Shown: positions 25,350-37,671 of the stretch, in pieces
Position numbering within the stretch: position 1 is the stretch's first letter
Layout: the number at the start of each line of letters is the position of its first letter
Source: Bilabrum cf. latius
Lineage: Eukaryota
Direction: 5' to 3'
NCBI GenBank assembly: GCA_965178125.1
Contig: OZ237746.1
Coordinates: 124,001-188,000, forward strand
DNA: 64,000 bases
Made by a program: the position numbers and the translations under genes
The notes under the pieces: model-generated
What the model was told of the DNA's origin: nothing
Seen by the model: the letters and a program-made list of their open reading frames with translations, nothing else
Databases searched by the model: none

Positions 25350-26967
25350 TCACGAGCCCCACCCGCCAAAGATGGCACTTACCTGGCTGCCACCACCGCC
25401 AGTTTGCCGCAGCACCCGTGTGGACGGCCGCCCAGTGACAGTCCCTGCCTCATTCTGCGCCGAGCCTCTCGCGAATTCGGACGAGGAATGCCCCCTGCGC
25501 GCCGACGCCACACCTGCCGCAGGCATCGCGCCCCCCGCACCGGTGGCTGAGCCACCGACCCCACGCCCAGTCGCTCGCCCTAGCTGCCCCGCTTCCGTCA
25601 CACCCGACGCACCCCTGCCGTCGCCACCATCACTCGTCACACCACCGTTGGTGGAGCCCCCATACCCGAGTGCATCCGCCGCCTCGCTGCGAGCCTCTGC
25701 CAGGTGACGCCGGCCCCCAGACGCTGCACTACCGGCGGTGGTGCCCGCCGCCGCACTCGTCACACTGCTGGTATCGGCAGCTTGGTGCCGACGGCCCCTG
25801 TGAACCCCTGCCCCACTGGCCACGCCCGCCACGCCAGAGTCAAGCGGAACTGCCTGTGCCGGAGCCTGTGCCGGTACCGGGGCCGGTGCTGGTGCCGGTG
25901 CCCCCCCCTGCCCCCCGTCTGATGCCCCCGCCGCAGTACCCGCCGTCTATGCTCCTGGATCGGGACGCGTCCGTGCACTACCGCGCGATGCACCCTAGCC
26001 CGAGCCGCTGCCAGCCGCAGGCATGGAGGCAGGGTCCAACCGCTAGGTCCGGGCTCCGGCTCCTGCTCTTGTTCCCCGGCGAGTGACTCTGCCTACCCCT
26101 TGTTCCCTGGATTCTACGGCCCCATTAGCAGCAGCAGTAGGGGTGCCCTGCTCGGCCCCAAAGGCCAGGGCGGCCGCGGCGCCGCCCCCCCTCTGCCTCT
26201 GCACGGCCCTGACAACTGCGGGGGAAGGCGGCTTGCGCTGGGCCGGGTCCAGGGAGGCGACGGGGTCGCCGATGGAAGCCGGACCCCCCGCTGGACCACG
26301 CGCCGGTGCACGGCCTGCCGCGGGCTATTCGGGGGTGGGCGCTTGTTGCGGCTTTGAACCTCCCGCGACCTTTTGCCCGGAAGAAGTACCATTCGAAGCG
26401 ACAGCACGAGTGGAACTGGCAGCTGCGGCTGTACCAGTGGATTCCAAGGTAACAAAAGACTGGGGTAAGGCAATCGGCTCCGCAGTAGTCGCTGCAGCAG
26501 CCCGAAACAAAGGCGCGTGCTCCTCGTAGTAGCAGTAGTCTGTTGCGGCCGACCGAAACGCAGTGGACTAAACATCAACCGTTCTGAAGGACTTCATTGC
26601 ATCTTTCTGCAATAAATCAGCTACTGATGACTGCGACACAAACGCACTGCCGCTTGCGCTTGCTTGAACTGCAGCGGCGGTACTTCCAGTTCGTGCAGCA
26701 CCGTTAGCTGCTCCGCCACGTTCTGGAATGCTTGGCGGAGCAACCATTCTCTGCGGGTTCAAATAAAGTAGCTGCAAATCCGACAGTATATATTGATGCA
26801 GCGTGACTGGCTCGCGCAATGAACTGCTGGCTAGAATGGTCGGACGCGGCAAGCCTCACCTTGCTCTGCTTTCTTGGATGCCTATCCGATCGTGTTTGGT
26901 CGCCATAGCCACCAAATAAGTCTATTGAAGACCCTCCACCGGGTGCCTTCCTAGTTCTAGTCTACAT
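25350..26967 (-). CDS. SPIRAL1/Jupiter/HN1-like PGG-motif protein, putative microtubule-associated (TAG=Gln; intron 26751-26859)
   Basis: The N-terminus is M[TAG]TRTRKAPGGGSSIDLFGG and the C-terminus is QNEAGTVTGRPSTRVLRQTGGGGSQVSAIFGG. The intron is phase 0 (GTGAGG...CCGCAG). There are 6 TAGs, and the stop is TGA 25350. Confidence 0.7.
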
Positions 26968-27568
26968 GGCCGCGCTTAGTGCAGGAATGCATGCTGTCGT
27001 GAAGCGCTTCTGAAACCACACGCTACTCGAGTCTCCCAAAGAATCTGATGCGCCTCGTCGTGTCTGCGGGTGCAGCATCACCCATCGTGCGACCTCGAAT
27101 CGTGACTGCGGTTGTTGGGCTGTACCCACCGGTGGTTGCCAACGAAGCCGCCGGTGGCAGTGGCAGTGGCATCGCATCCGAGTTGATGTGATGCGACACA
27201 GGTGGTATCACGCTAGTGGCTTCCTTGTGCTGGAGGGGGATGCTGAATTTGGGTAAGGCATGCCCACGTCGGTGTTGGGGTCGATTCATGCCCCCGTCCT
27301 CTGCGAAGCTTGCCCGACGTACCAGTTGGGCCACCCCATGTGCGCGGGGCTGGGGATGATTGGGTGTTGGGGGGCGGGGCACTTGCCGCGCTACGAGGGT
27401 TGTGGTATTGTTCAGTGTCGCAACTTGACATGTTTCGGAATTGTTTACTTTCATGGCCGGCGGCGGCCCGGCCGGGCCGGCCAATCGAGCTGAACGAACG
27501 TTCCACAGGAGCTCGGTGGAGTCGTTGCCGACGGCACCAGATTTGCCCGTCCTGCGGTCCAGTGCAAG

Positions 27569-30500
27569 ATGCTTCCGTCGATTTTGCGAGCGTACGAAAG
27601 CGAACTAAGGTAGCAGTCCATATCGACGTTGCATCCATTGGTCTTGGATCAGCTTAAGCTTCTGCAAGATTCTGTCTCGGTGAACGACGGCGGCTCGATC
27701 GCACTCCCGGGCGCTCACATGTCATAGAGAGATGTATCGGGTCTGCTTCGAGCAATGAAAGGGTCCTAGGAAGGCCTATGGCTGGCGTACCTTGACCTGT
27801 CTCGGAATCCGCTGCGTGAGTGAATCGATACGCACTTGCGCCACCGCCTGTCGAAACCCCCACACCTAAAGCTTGCATGCTGCGCGTTTATCCCTCGATT
27901 GCATAGTTTGCACGACAAGAGGTTGCCAACACGTAGCGTAGCGCGACTGTAACCGTGTGGATACGTCTAGCACCACGCACTTCTCCTCAATCCGGCGATC
28001 CTCGCAGCGACTCGAGCTGCCAAGGTGCTCAACCATTCGCTGGCGAGTGCTCGCTTCCATCTGAGGCACCTCGTGCTGCACGATTGCGGGCTGAACGACC
28101 AGCAGACCGCGGGCATCGCCCAGGCTGCCGGCCGCCGCCGCCCCGCCGCCCTCGAGACGCTCGACCTGAGCTCCAACCCCATCGGGCCAGCCGCCGTGCG
28201 AGCCCTCTGCGATCTGGTCGCGAGGCCCCCGCGACAGGAAGCAGCCACCCTGCAGGACAGGCCCCGGGGCGGCCTCCTGCGGCTGTGCCTGGACAACTGC
28301 AGGGTTGGGGATCAGGGCGGGTGCGCCCTGGCCGCTGCACTGGGGGGTGACCCCACGGGGGGCATGGGGGGAGAGGGCCCAGGGAACAAGGGGGCTGCTC
28401 TGGCGCAGGCAGCTGGCCAGCCCGGGTTCGGGTCCAGCACGGAGAGGCCGTCGTGGGCGGGTGTCGTGGACGGGAGGGGCCAGCAGGGAGGCAGGGCCAT
28501 CTTCGGGAAGTCGCTGGGTAGCAGCGGGGGCGGAGGGGGAGGGGGAGGGGCAGGAGGGGACAAACGCAGGGGTAAAGGTGCGGCGAGTGCATCCAAGCGG
28601 CGGCGCAGGGCCGGTTGGCGGGGAACAGGGCCGGTGACAGACCAAGCGGGGGTGGGTGTGGGCATGGGTGTGGGCATGGGTGCCGTGTCCGGGGGGACTG
28701 AGGGTGGGGGCGCGCCTTGTTCCCTGCGATGTCTGGGCATGCGGGCATGCGGGCTGGGCACAAAATCTGCAGCCGCATTTGCCCGTGCTCTGGCCACTAA
28801 CGGGCGGCTGCTGTTCCTGGGGCTCGAGTTCAACAGCCTGCCCCCCGCGAGAGCCAGGGCCATCGGGGAGGCCCTAAGCCGGAACTAGATATCCTACCGG
28901 GCCGAGGCGGAAGATCGCGAGGAAGATCGAGAGGTGGCCAAAGCCACAGAACAGGCGACGATGGGCTTGCGGCCCGGATCTGCACCGGTGGGTGCAGGCA
29001 AGGGGGCGGTGGCGCAGTCCTCTACACGCGCCTCGGACGCATCCCGCAGGGCGCTGATTGCCTCTCTCAACAGCAAGGCCATGAGTGGGGCTGGGGCTAC
29101 GACTGGGGCAGGCGGAGATGGTGTGACGAGTGGAGTGCCTCCCCCGCTGCCCCCCGCGAGCGTGTTTCAGTACCCGCAGACACCCGAGGCACTGCTGGCC
29201 GGGGATCGGGCCATCCGGGGGGAACAGCAGGCCGGGGAACAAGAAGAGCAAGGCCGCCCGAATACGAGGAAAGGCAGCAAGGAGGGCGCAGCTCGGTCTG
29301 CGAGGCATGGTGGTCGTGGTCGTCAGCAGGACGAGGACAAGGACGAGGGCCAGAACCGGGGCACTGAGCACAGGGGGCCGAGCGGGGGTCGCAGTGAGGC
29401 CTCGCCTGCAGCAGGGCAGGTCTAGATCCAGCCAGGGAGTACAGGCAGAGGCGGCGGGACCGGCAAGGAACAGCACGGGATATGTACTGGTGGCAGGAGC
29501 ATGTCGAATGGGCCGCAGCTGGGGCGGTCGAAGGGCGAGAGCGGCCGGTTGGTAGCTCACATGACCCCGGTTCGATCCCCGATGGGGTTGGACGGTTCCA
29601 CTGGTAGAGAGAAGGAGAAGGAGAAAGAGTCTCAGTCATCTGGCATGTCGGGCTCAGGCGGTGGCGGGTCTGCAGAGCTAGGGAACACTGGAGGGTCGCT
29701 GGGGAACACGGTTGCCTCAGTGCTGGCTGAGCAGTTCGAATCGGTGAGACGGTCGATGGGCAGCGGCAATGGCAAGGACAAGCCCAGCGAGAAGGATGGG
29801 GGGAAAGGCAACCGAGACGCAGGGTAGTGGCGGGAGCAGAGGCATGGGGACGACGAGCCTAGGCACAAGGCCCCCTTGCCATCCCCCCTGCCCCAGTTCC
29901 AGAGGAGGACATCCCCCGCTGGAAGTGCGCGCGCCACCACTGGCAGAGGATCAGGATCAGGACTGCATCCGCACCACGCGGGCGCGACGTCCTCGTCCTC
30001 GTCCTCTTCTTCACTGCGTGCCAAGGCCAGAGAACACGCGGATAACCTGGCCAAAGCCGAAGAGAGGGGCAGGGCCGCCATGGCGAAGCAGGCACGGGAC
30101 CAGCGGAGGCGTGACAGGGAGCGGTCGGCCAAGGGCAGGCGCAGGCAGATGGCGCGGTCCATGGGGCCAAAGGGGGGGGATGGTAGTGGTTCCGCAGGCG
30201 CGCTGGCGCCGCGCACTCCCCGCACGGCCGCCTTTGCCGCGGCCAGCACTCCGGGGGCTCGGGCCCTCGGCGCGCTGGAGAGAGCGGAGGCCCTCGTGGG
30301 GAACAAACCAGGGAACAGTACCAGACGAAGGCGACGATCTGCCGGGGGCAGCGTAGGCAGGAGGCACTGGCACTCGCCCGGTCGGGACAGCGAGAGCGAG
30401 AGCGAGGGGGAGAGGGATAGGTGGGCCCAGGACGAGGAGGCGCGACGGGATTTCGAGCGGTGGCAGCAGCTGCGGAGGGGCGGGAAGGGGTCCCCGGGCG

Positions 30501-33500
30501 GTGTGACGAGTGATGGGGACGACATCTCGGTGCACACGGGCGGCGGTAGGACGCCGGGCGCTGGCAGTGGGCGGGTGCGGGCCGGCCATCAGCGCCAGGG
30601 CAAGGCATCGTCAGAGGCAGATCCGGCGGGTGCGGGGCTGTACGCGGCCGTGCGACGAGAGGCAGAGGGCATTTTGCAGGAGCTGGAGGAACAGGCGAGA
30701 GAGCTGGCGGGGGCGCTCGTGACCAGCAAGGGGCAGGGGCAGGAGCTAGGGCAGGGGCAGAATCGCATCGAAGACGCTCTCGGTGGCCCTAGTGCAGTGG
30801 CACGCGATGGCGACGGCGTGCATGCACACCCAGCCAGCACCCCAGCGCCTATGACCCCCGCTCCTGTCACCCCCGGCCCTTACACCCCCGGCTCCATGCT
30901 ACCCTCACAGCGAGCAGCCCAGCTGGCCAGCGCCTCTAGGGCCGCCATCGCCGTGCTGAGGAGGAGCCACGTGGCGGTGCTTGGCGGGAGCGGGAGCGGG
31001 GGTGGAGGCGGCCCGCAGCTGCCGGACGCTGGTCTGAACAACAGTGGCTTCGAGGCTGGATAGGTGCATCGCACTGCAGCGGTGCAGGAGGTGCTCGTGG
31101 CCCGCGGTGCTCTGGCCGCGGCTGTGGCCCGCACCGAGCAGGCAGCGCAGGTTCAATCCCCAGAGTCGTCCCAACGGTCCGTCGCGTCGCCCCTGCCCCT
31201 GCCGCACCCTTCGACGCATGCAGGCAGCGGTACTCGCAGCAATCGTCACAGCGGTCTGCAGCAGGGATGGAGCCCGCGAGACTCGGTGCGGCAAAGCGGA
31301 ACTGGCGCCGCGCGCGACAGGTCTGATCCCTCCCGGCACGACACTGCCCCATCGCGCCCCTCCTCGCCCCCCACTGTGGAGGCGCCGTCCCCGCAACCCC
31401 TGGGTGGCAGTGGGGGTCACGGCAGCCCCTTCAAGCGGGGCGCAGGGGGTCAGGGAACTGTCCCTCCCGCGGGCCCCAGCAGCAGCATCCTTGGCAGGGA
31501 ATCGGAAGAGGAGCTGCAGGGTCAGGAGCCCAGCGAGGAGCAGCGCAAGCTGGCGGAGAGTGTAGGTCAATTGCGCCGGGCGGGTGCCCTGGGCGGCTTG
31601 AGTTCGTCTAGCGCGAGCGTAGGTCCTGGTGCTGGCGCTGGTCCTGGTGCCGGTCCTGGTGCTGGTGCTAGTGCTGGCGTGGACTCCTCGGTCAACAGGT
31701 AGGGGCGCGGGTGGAAATCGCTGGCTGCCATCCGGGCGGAGGAGGACTCCGCCAGAAGGGGAGGTGGTGGGAGCAGGGCTGGAGTGGGGCGGGGGAAGCG
31801 GGGGGCTGCAGACGGGCTGGAGGGGACGCAGGGAACAGCGGAGGAAGCGGCCGCGGCGGCCCTCCCTGGGATGGTATCAGCGGTGGGGCGGCGAGCCAGG
31901 GAGCGGGCGAGGCAGCCGCACGTGCTGCAGCAGGGAGACAGGAGCAGGGACTTGAACAGGAGCAGTGGCCAGGACATGGGCAAAATGCCCCGTGGTGGCA
32001 CGATGGGGAGCAGCACAGGCCAAAGGAACACCGAGCTGGGGACTGCCGCATCTGCGCCGGTGGTGCCTCCTGTTGCCCCTGCCGGTCTGGACACGTCCGT
32101 GGCGTCGCACCCCGGGGAGGGTCTGGTGCAGCGCACTGCAGGGATGAGTTTGCGGGAGCCGCAGCCAGCTTCCCCGCCGCAGGCGCCCTTCGGAGCAGCG
32201 GGTGCATCGCACGGTGGCGCGACCAGGGGGTATCCGGGGACTCCTGTCCCCGGTTTCAAGAGCACACCCGCCCCGCCCACTCCACTGCCGGTCGACGGCA
32301 GCGGTCCTGCGGGTGCACTGCACGGTAGTGCTCGCTCCCTCATCCCGTCTCCGCCCTCCCAGCCTGCGCCCGTCAAGCACTCGCCCAAGCCCCGGCCCAA
32401 GAAGTCGAGGACCAGTGCAGCCGGGTCAGGCGCAGCACCGCAAGGCACCGCACCGCCTGACCCAGCCCCCACCTCCCAACGACCCCGCAGCCTTGTGGCT
32501 CCGATCCAGGACCCGAGGCGGCTCCGGTACCCGAGGCGCAGGCCCGCCGCCACGCACCGCGAGACGCACGGGGGGGTGGGCCTGGGGGCGCTGGGGGCGG
32601 CGCCTGCCCTGCCGGCGCGCGCGAAGTTGGGTGCATCGCACGGCAGCGCAGACATCGAGGTGCGGAGCGACGATGATGCCGATGCGGTGCCGGGTGCATC
32701 GCACGGCGGTGCACTTCTGGGCGAGGACGAGCAAGGGCAGGCGGTGCTGCAGGAGGCGGCTGCGCGGCGGCAGGCGGTCGATGATCTGGTGGCAAGCGGG
32801 ATATTCGGGCCAGGGGCCGTGACTGCGGTGCAGCTTGGTGCTGGCAAGGCGTCGGCAGCAGCAGTAACGGCAGCAGCACCAGCACCAGCAGTCAGCGGGT
32901 CCAGCGTTGGGACAGCCGGAGGCAAGGGGAGCGCAATTCAAGCAGAGACCAGAGGCACCGGCCCTGCATCTGGCCTAGTCCCCGCTGAAAGCAAGCCAGC
33001 CCACCCCGCACCTGCACCTGCCACTGCCACCGCCACTGCCACTGCCACTGCCAGCGATGCAACAGGGCCAGCCACTGCCAGCGCGAGGCCAACCCCCCGC
33101 AGCCCGGGCCAGCCCCGGGGGCTGCCAACCCTCAGGAAGCCCTCGCCCCCACGGAGGGTCAGGGCCCCCGGGAACAGCTTGGGTGCACTGCACGCAGGTG
33201 CGCGGGGGAAGAGAGGGAGTGCTGGGGGCGTCAGCTCCGGCAGTCGAGATGCACCGCACGGTGGTGCATCCGGTGCGGTGGAGGACGGCCAGGGCCAGGC
33301 TGGGCCCAGTGCACAGGGCGGTCGTGCCAACGGCCACAGCGGTGTGACGAGTGCGCTGCACGTGCGGCGGCCGCCGCTCGAGGCCAGCACGAGCCAGGAG
33401 GCGGGGGGCGCTCTCAGGTCGGCCGTGTATGGCGTGACTCCGGTGGGGTCTCCGGACCCGGTGCCGGGGGGCTAGCGGAGGTCAGGGGCGGGGTCCGGTG

Positions 33501-33631
33501 GTGGCAATGGATCTCCGAGCAGGGATGGCAGCTTGAAGCGGGCGGGGGCGGGGGCGAACCTGGTGGAGCGACTCGGCCAAAGGGAGGTCAGGCCGGCTGG
33601 GGGCCGTGGACTTGCGGGACACGGTCGCTGA
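27569..33631 (+). CDS. RNI-like leucine-rich repeat protein with long disordered C-terminus (TAG=Gln; intron 27816-28007)
   Basis: LRRs are LAYLDLSRNPL, LRHLVLHDCGL, LETLDLSSNPIG, LLRLCLDNCRVG, LRCLGMRACGLG and LLFLGLEFNSL. A phase-1 intron GTGAGT...CGCAG joins the frames. There are ~9 TAGs, and the stop is TGA 33629. Confidence 0.82.
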
Positions 33632-33911
33632 GAGGATGTAAAACGGGAGTGGAGCACCCACGGCCGCGGCGGACGGTCTACGATAGCGGTTGTAAATGTG
33701 CCTGGCTCTTCTGGTTGCGGCGCCCCACCAAAATTGACGGAACCGGCACTAAAGCCACTTGCGCGGCGCCGAACTGTGATTTGAATTATTCGTGTCACAC
33801 AAGCATTGATATTTTGGCGCGCACTGTAGCCTTGTTGTTGTAGCAGTCGAAGCAGTCAAACGAATCTTCCAGCGCCACGATACGCATAGGCTCGTGCGCA
33901 TAGTTGGCGGA

Positions 33912-35552
33912 ATGTCGAGCGATCGCGAATTTATAGAGTCCGGCGATTCTGGCTGCGACGTCGAAGATACAACGCAGGTTCTGCAGAACAGGCGCAACCA
34001 GAGCAACGGTGCCTCTTCAGGACGACTTTCTTACGTAGATGCCCCGTAGCGCCTAGAAGTATCGACTGGATTGGCCATTCTCTCTTTGCCACTCCCAGTC
34101 TGGGGCCGACCGGTCATCAAACCAACGCGATTCATGCAAAATGGCGCTCCGCGCCCGGTCCATGCCCCTCATATAAAGGAACAAATAGGCAGGAAGCGTA
34201 AACGAGTGCGCTCTCCCGCCAAGGCATCTGTGGCTGCAGTACAGCACATGCCAACGTCTGGAGCAGCTGCCGCTGCAGCCATGGCTGCATCACAAGCCGC
34301 CGCGCACGCGGCCGCCAGTAATACGGTGGCCCAGTCAGCGGAAATGCAGTCTAAGCGTGCGCCACCCACTGATTTAAGCAGTTCTGGGGTGCCTAGTCCT
34401 ATGAACTTAGCGGCAGTCGCACTTGCCGCCAAGCGGGCCGCGCAGCAGGCAGCCGCACAGCTTTCAGTGGCTGCCAGTGCCAGTGCCATTGATGGCTCGG
34501 CCGGCCTGGGAGCCCCACTGTACCCAGTGATTACGCATGCAAGCAGTAGCAGTAGCAGTAGTGCCATCAGCGCAGCAAGCGCCAGCGCCAGCGCCTCTGG
34601 AAGCACCAGCGCCAGTGCCAGCGGTGCAGCAGGTTCCGCTGCAGGCGAAGACTCCCAGGCCCCCAAGCGACGACGGGTAGGCGGCTCTCCCAGCGGGGGC
34701 CAGCACCAGTGCCCCCACTGCGACAAGAGCCTTTCCTCCGCTGGCACCCTCAAGTCGCACATCGAGGTCCAGCACCTTGGCATCAAGCGGCACAAGTGCC
34801 CCCACTGCGAGAGGCGATTCGGGCAGAAGGTCCTGCTCACGGCGCACCTCCTGTCCGCGCATCAGGTCGGAGAGGGCCATAGGTGTGACGAGTGCGACAA
34901 GGTGTTCGCGGACAGCAGCGGGCTAGCGAGGCACGTCCGGGTGGTGCACCTAAAGGTGCCCCGCGTGAGGAAGGACCACGACCCATCGGCCCATGCTGCA
35001 GTGGTGTGCGAGCAGTGCGGCAAGCGGTTCCCAAGGCTGGACCGGCTCAAGCGGCACATCAAGACCGTGCACGAGCAGCAGCGCGACTTCGAGTGCGGCG
35101 TGTGTCGCAAGCGGTTCGCCAGCCAGTACCACCTGGACCGTCACCTGCTGCAGGTACACGCCTGCGACGTCTGCGGGGAGCTGTTCGAATCCGGGACACT
35201 CCGAGCGCACATGGTGAGCGCGCACTACTGCGAGTTCTGCGGGAGGTGTTTCAAGGCGGACCGTGACCTGTGGGAACACAAGCGCACCGACTGCCACCTC
35301 GGGGGGGTTCCGGGGGGGAGGAAGTGCCACGAGTGCGGGGTCACCGCCACGACTGCGATGAAGATGCTGGCTCATATGCGGTCGAAGCACCCCTAGGATG
35401 CAGGGAACAAGGCTGCTGCTGCTGCGAGCAGTGCAAGTGGGGGTGCCAGCCTGGGTGCCAGCAGCAGTGCAAGTGGGGGTGCCAGCCTGGGTGCCAGCAG
35501 CAGTGCGAGTGGGGGTACGGCGAGCGACCAGAAAGCGAGGGAAACGACGTGA
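33912..35552 (+). CDS. C2H2 zinc-finger protein, ~8 fingers (TAG=Gln at 34047 and 35394)
   Basis: Repeated CxxC-x12-HxxxxH units such as CPHCDKSLSSAGTLKSHIEVQH and CEQCGKRFPRLDRLKRHIKTVH. Runs from ATG 33912 to TGA 35550. Confidence 0.9.
35427..35516. repeat. 36-bp tandem repeat (~2.5 copies) encoding SSASGGASLGAS in the zinc-finger C-terminal tail
   Basis: Unit agcagtgcaagtgggggtgccagcctgggtgccagc. It preserves frame and lies downstream of TAG 35394. Confidence 0.85.
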
Positions 35553-35738
35553 CGTGGGAGCCAGTTGCTTGCAAATATCCAGATCAAATGGACGGCTCAG
35601 GGGTCGTAGTTGTTCCGGCCCGGGATTCCTTTTTGTTGTGTGACGATTGCTCGGCGGTTCTTTTTGCCAAATCACAATTGCCTCGTATCGCAAGCTACTA
35701 GCAGAGTTGTTTGGTATCCTAGTGTAAATTGTACAATC

Positions 35739-37448
35739 ATGTCATTCAAAGGGACTTGGATCGATGTATTTGCCGATTGGGTCCAGGAGCCAGGAGCAAG
35801 AGACAAGGGACTAAAGACTGCGCAGTATGTAATAAAACTTGCACTTCTGCAGGCTGGTGCTTGCAAAGACGTCTCCCGGGGCGAGTTTGCTATGAAGTCG
35901 CCGTTGCATGCTATTGCTGCAGCGACGGGGTCTCCTGCGGCTGCCGGAACAATGGCAGTAGCTATCCGCAGCCAGGAAGGCTGGATGAAACCGATGGCCT
36001 CTGCGATTTCTATGTCGAGAAAGGTGGTCCTTCTAGGCGACAGTATCGGTGACTTTGTTGATACGGTTGAGGCTGCAAGAGAGTTCGTGGCATCGCCATC
36101 GACAAGTGCTGGACTTGCGTTGCTGCGGGCAGCTGGAGATCTTGCCTGTGATGCATGCACTGAAGCTGCCACTATCGCGAAAATGACTGGGAGGAAATCC
36201 GTGAGACTTTTATTGTGTTCATCATTTTAATGCAGCTCCCTCAACTTCCGCGTTCACTTCCGCATGGCTCGGCCAACCCACAGCTCTACCCTGCGCATTG
36301 CTTCTCTTTGCTCACAGGACCTGCCCGACTGGGTGGACCAGGGCAGTTGCGTGGGGTGGTCCGTTGGACTGGCCTTCAACGTTGCAAAGGGCACTCGCAC
36401 GCTGCAAACGCTGCTGGCTCGCGAAGGGCCAGCCTTGGCAGCTGAGCGCCGCGAGCTGGTCGCAAGGCGGGCGCGCTTGCGACGAACGGGCCGAGCACCT
36501 GCTCCGGGCTCCGCGCCGCCGACCGCCCCGAGAGTGCCCCATTCTGCAGCCCGGTCACAGCACTCGTCACACATCGATCCGTCCGGAAGGTCCACCCCGC
36601 TGGGGACCCCCTCGACCGCCGGTGCTGCAGGTGAAGGTGCATCGCACGGAGGTGCAAAGGCGCCGCCCGGCTCGGGGCAGACTAGCAGCCCCGGTGCGCC
36701 GCTGATTTGGCCTGCAGGAGCCACGCAATAGGCCGAATCGAAAGGGGCTACTAGTCCACAGCCACAGCCACAGCCACAGCCACAGCCACAGCCACAGCCA
36801 CGGCCAGGTGCAGGTGCAGGTGCAGGTGCAGGTGCAGGTGCAGGTGCTGGCACGCCGGAAGTGGCGTCTGGGGCAGATAAGTAGGGCGCGAACGGGCATG
36901 GCGCACTCGTCACACGCCCTCAGGGCCTGCTGTCGCCCGGGAGCACGTGCGCCTGGGACGATTTGGAGACCGACGAACGTTCGCTGCGGTCCAGGGAACT
37001 CGCCCACGCGGCTGCGTTGCGGGTCGCGATCATGGGGTTGGTGAAGGACCTCTGCGACCTGGCGCAGGCACTCCCGGGGGCGCTCGACCTGGATCTGCTC
37101 CCCCCTTGGCTGGACGTGGGGGTGGGGCTTGCCTCTGCGGTGCTTGCTCTCTGCAAGATCGGGGTAAAGAGGGGGGAGAGGGAGAGGGAGAGGGCGAGGG
37201 CTGAAGAGGAGGAAAGGAAGAAGAGGGAAGAAAATGGCAAAGAGGATCGGTGGATGAGGGGTGCCGCTGGAGGGAAGGGAGTGCAGGCAGGAGGAGGGGC
37301 TGTCACGGGGCCCCCTGCCAGCAGTGCAAGTGGTGCTGCTGCCAGTGGGTCGAGTGGTGGTCCCTCTGTCGGTTAGAAAGTTGCCGGGACTGGCGTTGTC
37401 AGGGCCGAAGATGATGCAGCGAGTGTTGGAGGAACACCATGGCACTGA
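35739..37448 (+). CDS. PEX11: Peroxisomal biogenesis factor 11 family protein with low-complexity insert (TAG=Gln; intron 36201-36317)
   Basis: N-terminal ARDKGLKTAQY and ISMSRKVVLLG; C-terminal LVKDLCDLAQALP...VGLASAVLAL. TAGs at 36729, 36882 and 37374; stop TGA 37446. Confidence 0.75.
36755..36846. repeat. Adjacent hexanucleotide microsatellites (CCACAG)n and (GGTGCA)n encoding (PQ)n and (GA)n
   Basis: Directly visible, in frame within the PEX11-like gene. Confidence 0.9.
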
Positions 37449-37671
37449 TTGCAGGTAGGTGCTCATCGTGCTGCCCGCCGCAACCGTCGGCCCGGCGTGT
37501 TTTGAAACCGGAACAAGGTGCTGATCTGTGCGCGTTCTTCTTTTTGCCCCAAACACATCGGTGCTCTATATATCGGCCATAAAAGGTGCTCCTTGGGTGT
37601 ACTTGGTATACAGTTCAGCGAGTGTATCGGTCTGATTTAGCTTTTCGCAGAGCCATTCTAAGGTTCTTGCG

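Noticed and set aside
27023-27657. ORFs 27023..27484 (-) and 27310..27657 (+) as genes
   Set aside because: They lie mostly in the divergent intergenic gap between better-supported starts at 26967 and 27569 and have no recognisable features.
15376-33390. Long antisense or alternate-frame ORFs (e.g. 15376..16608 +, 22334..23881 -, 31567..32925 -)
   Set aside because: These are shadows of GC-rich coding sequence on the opposite strand and carry no motifs.
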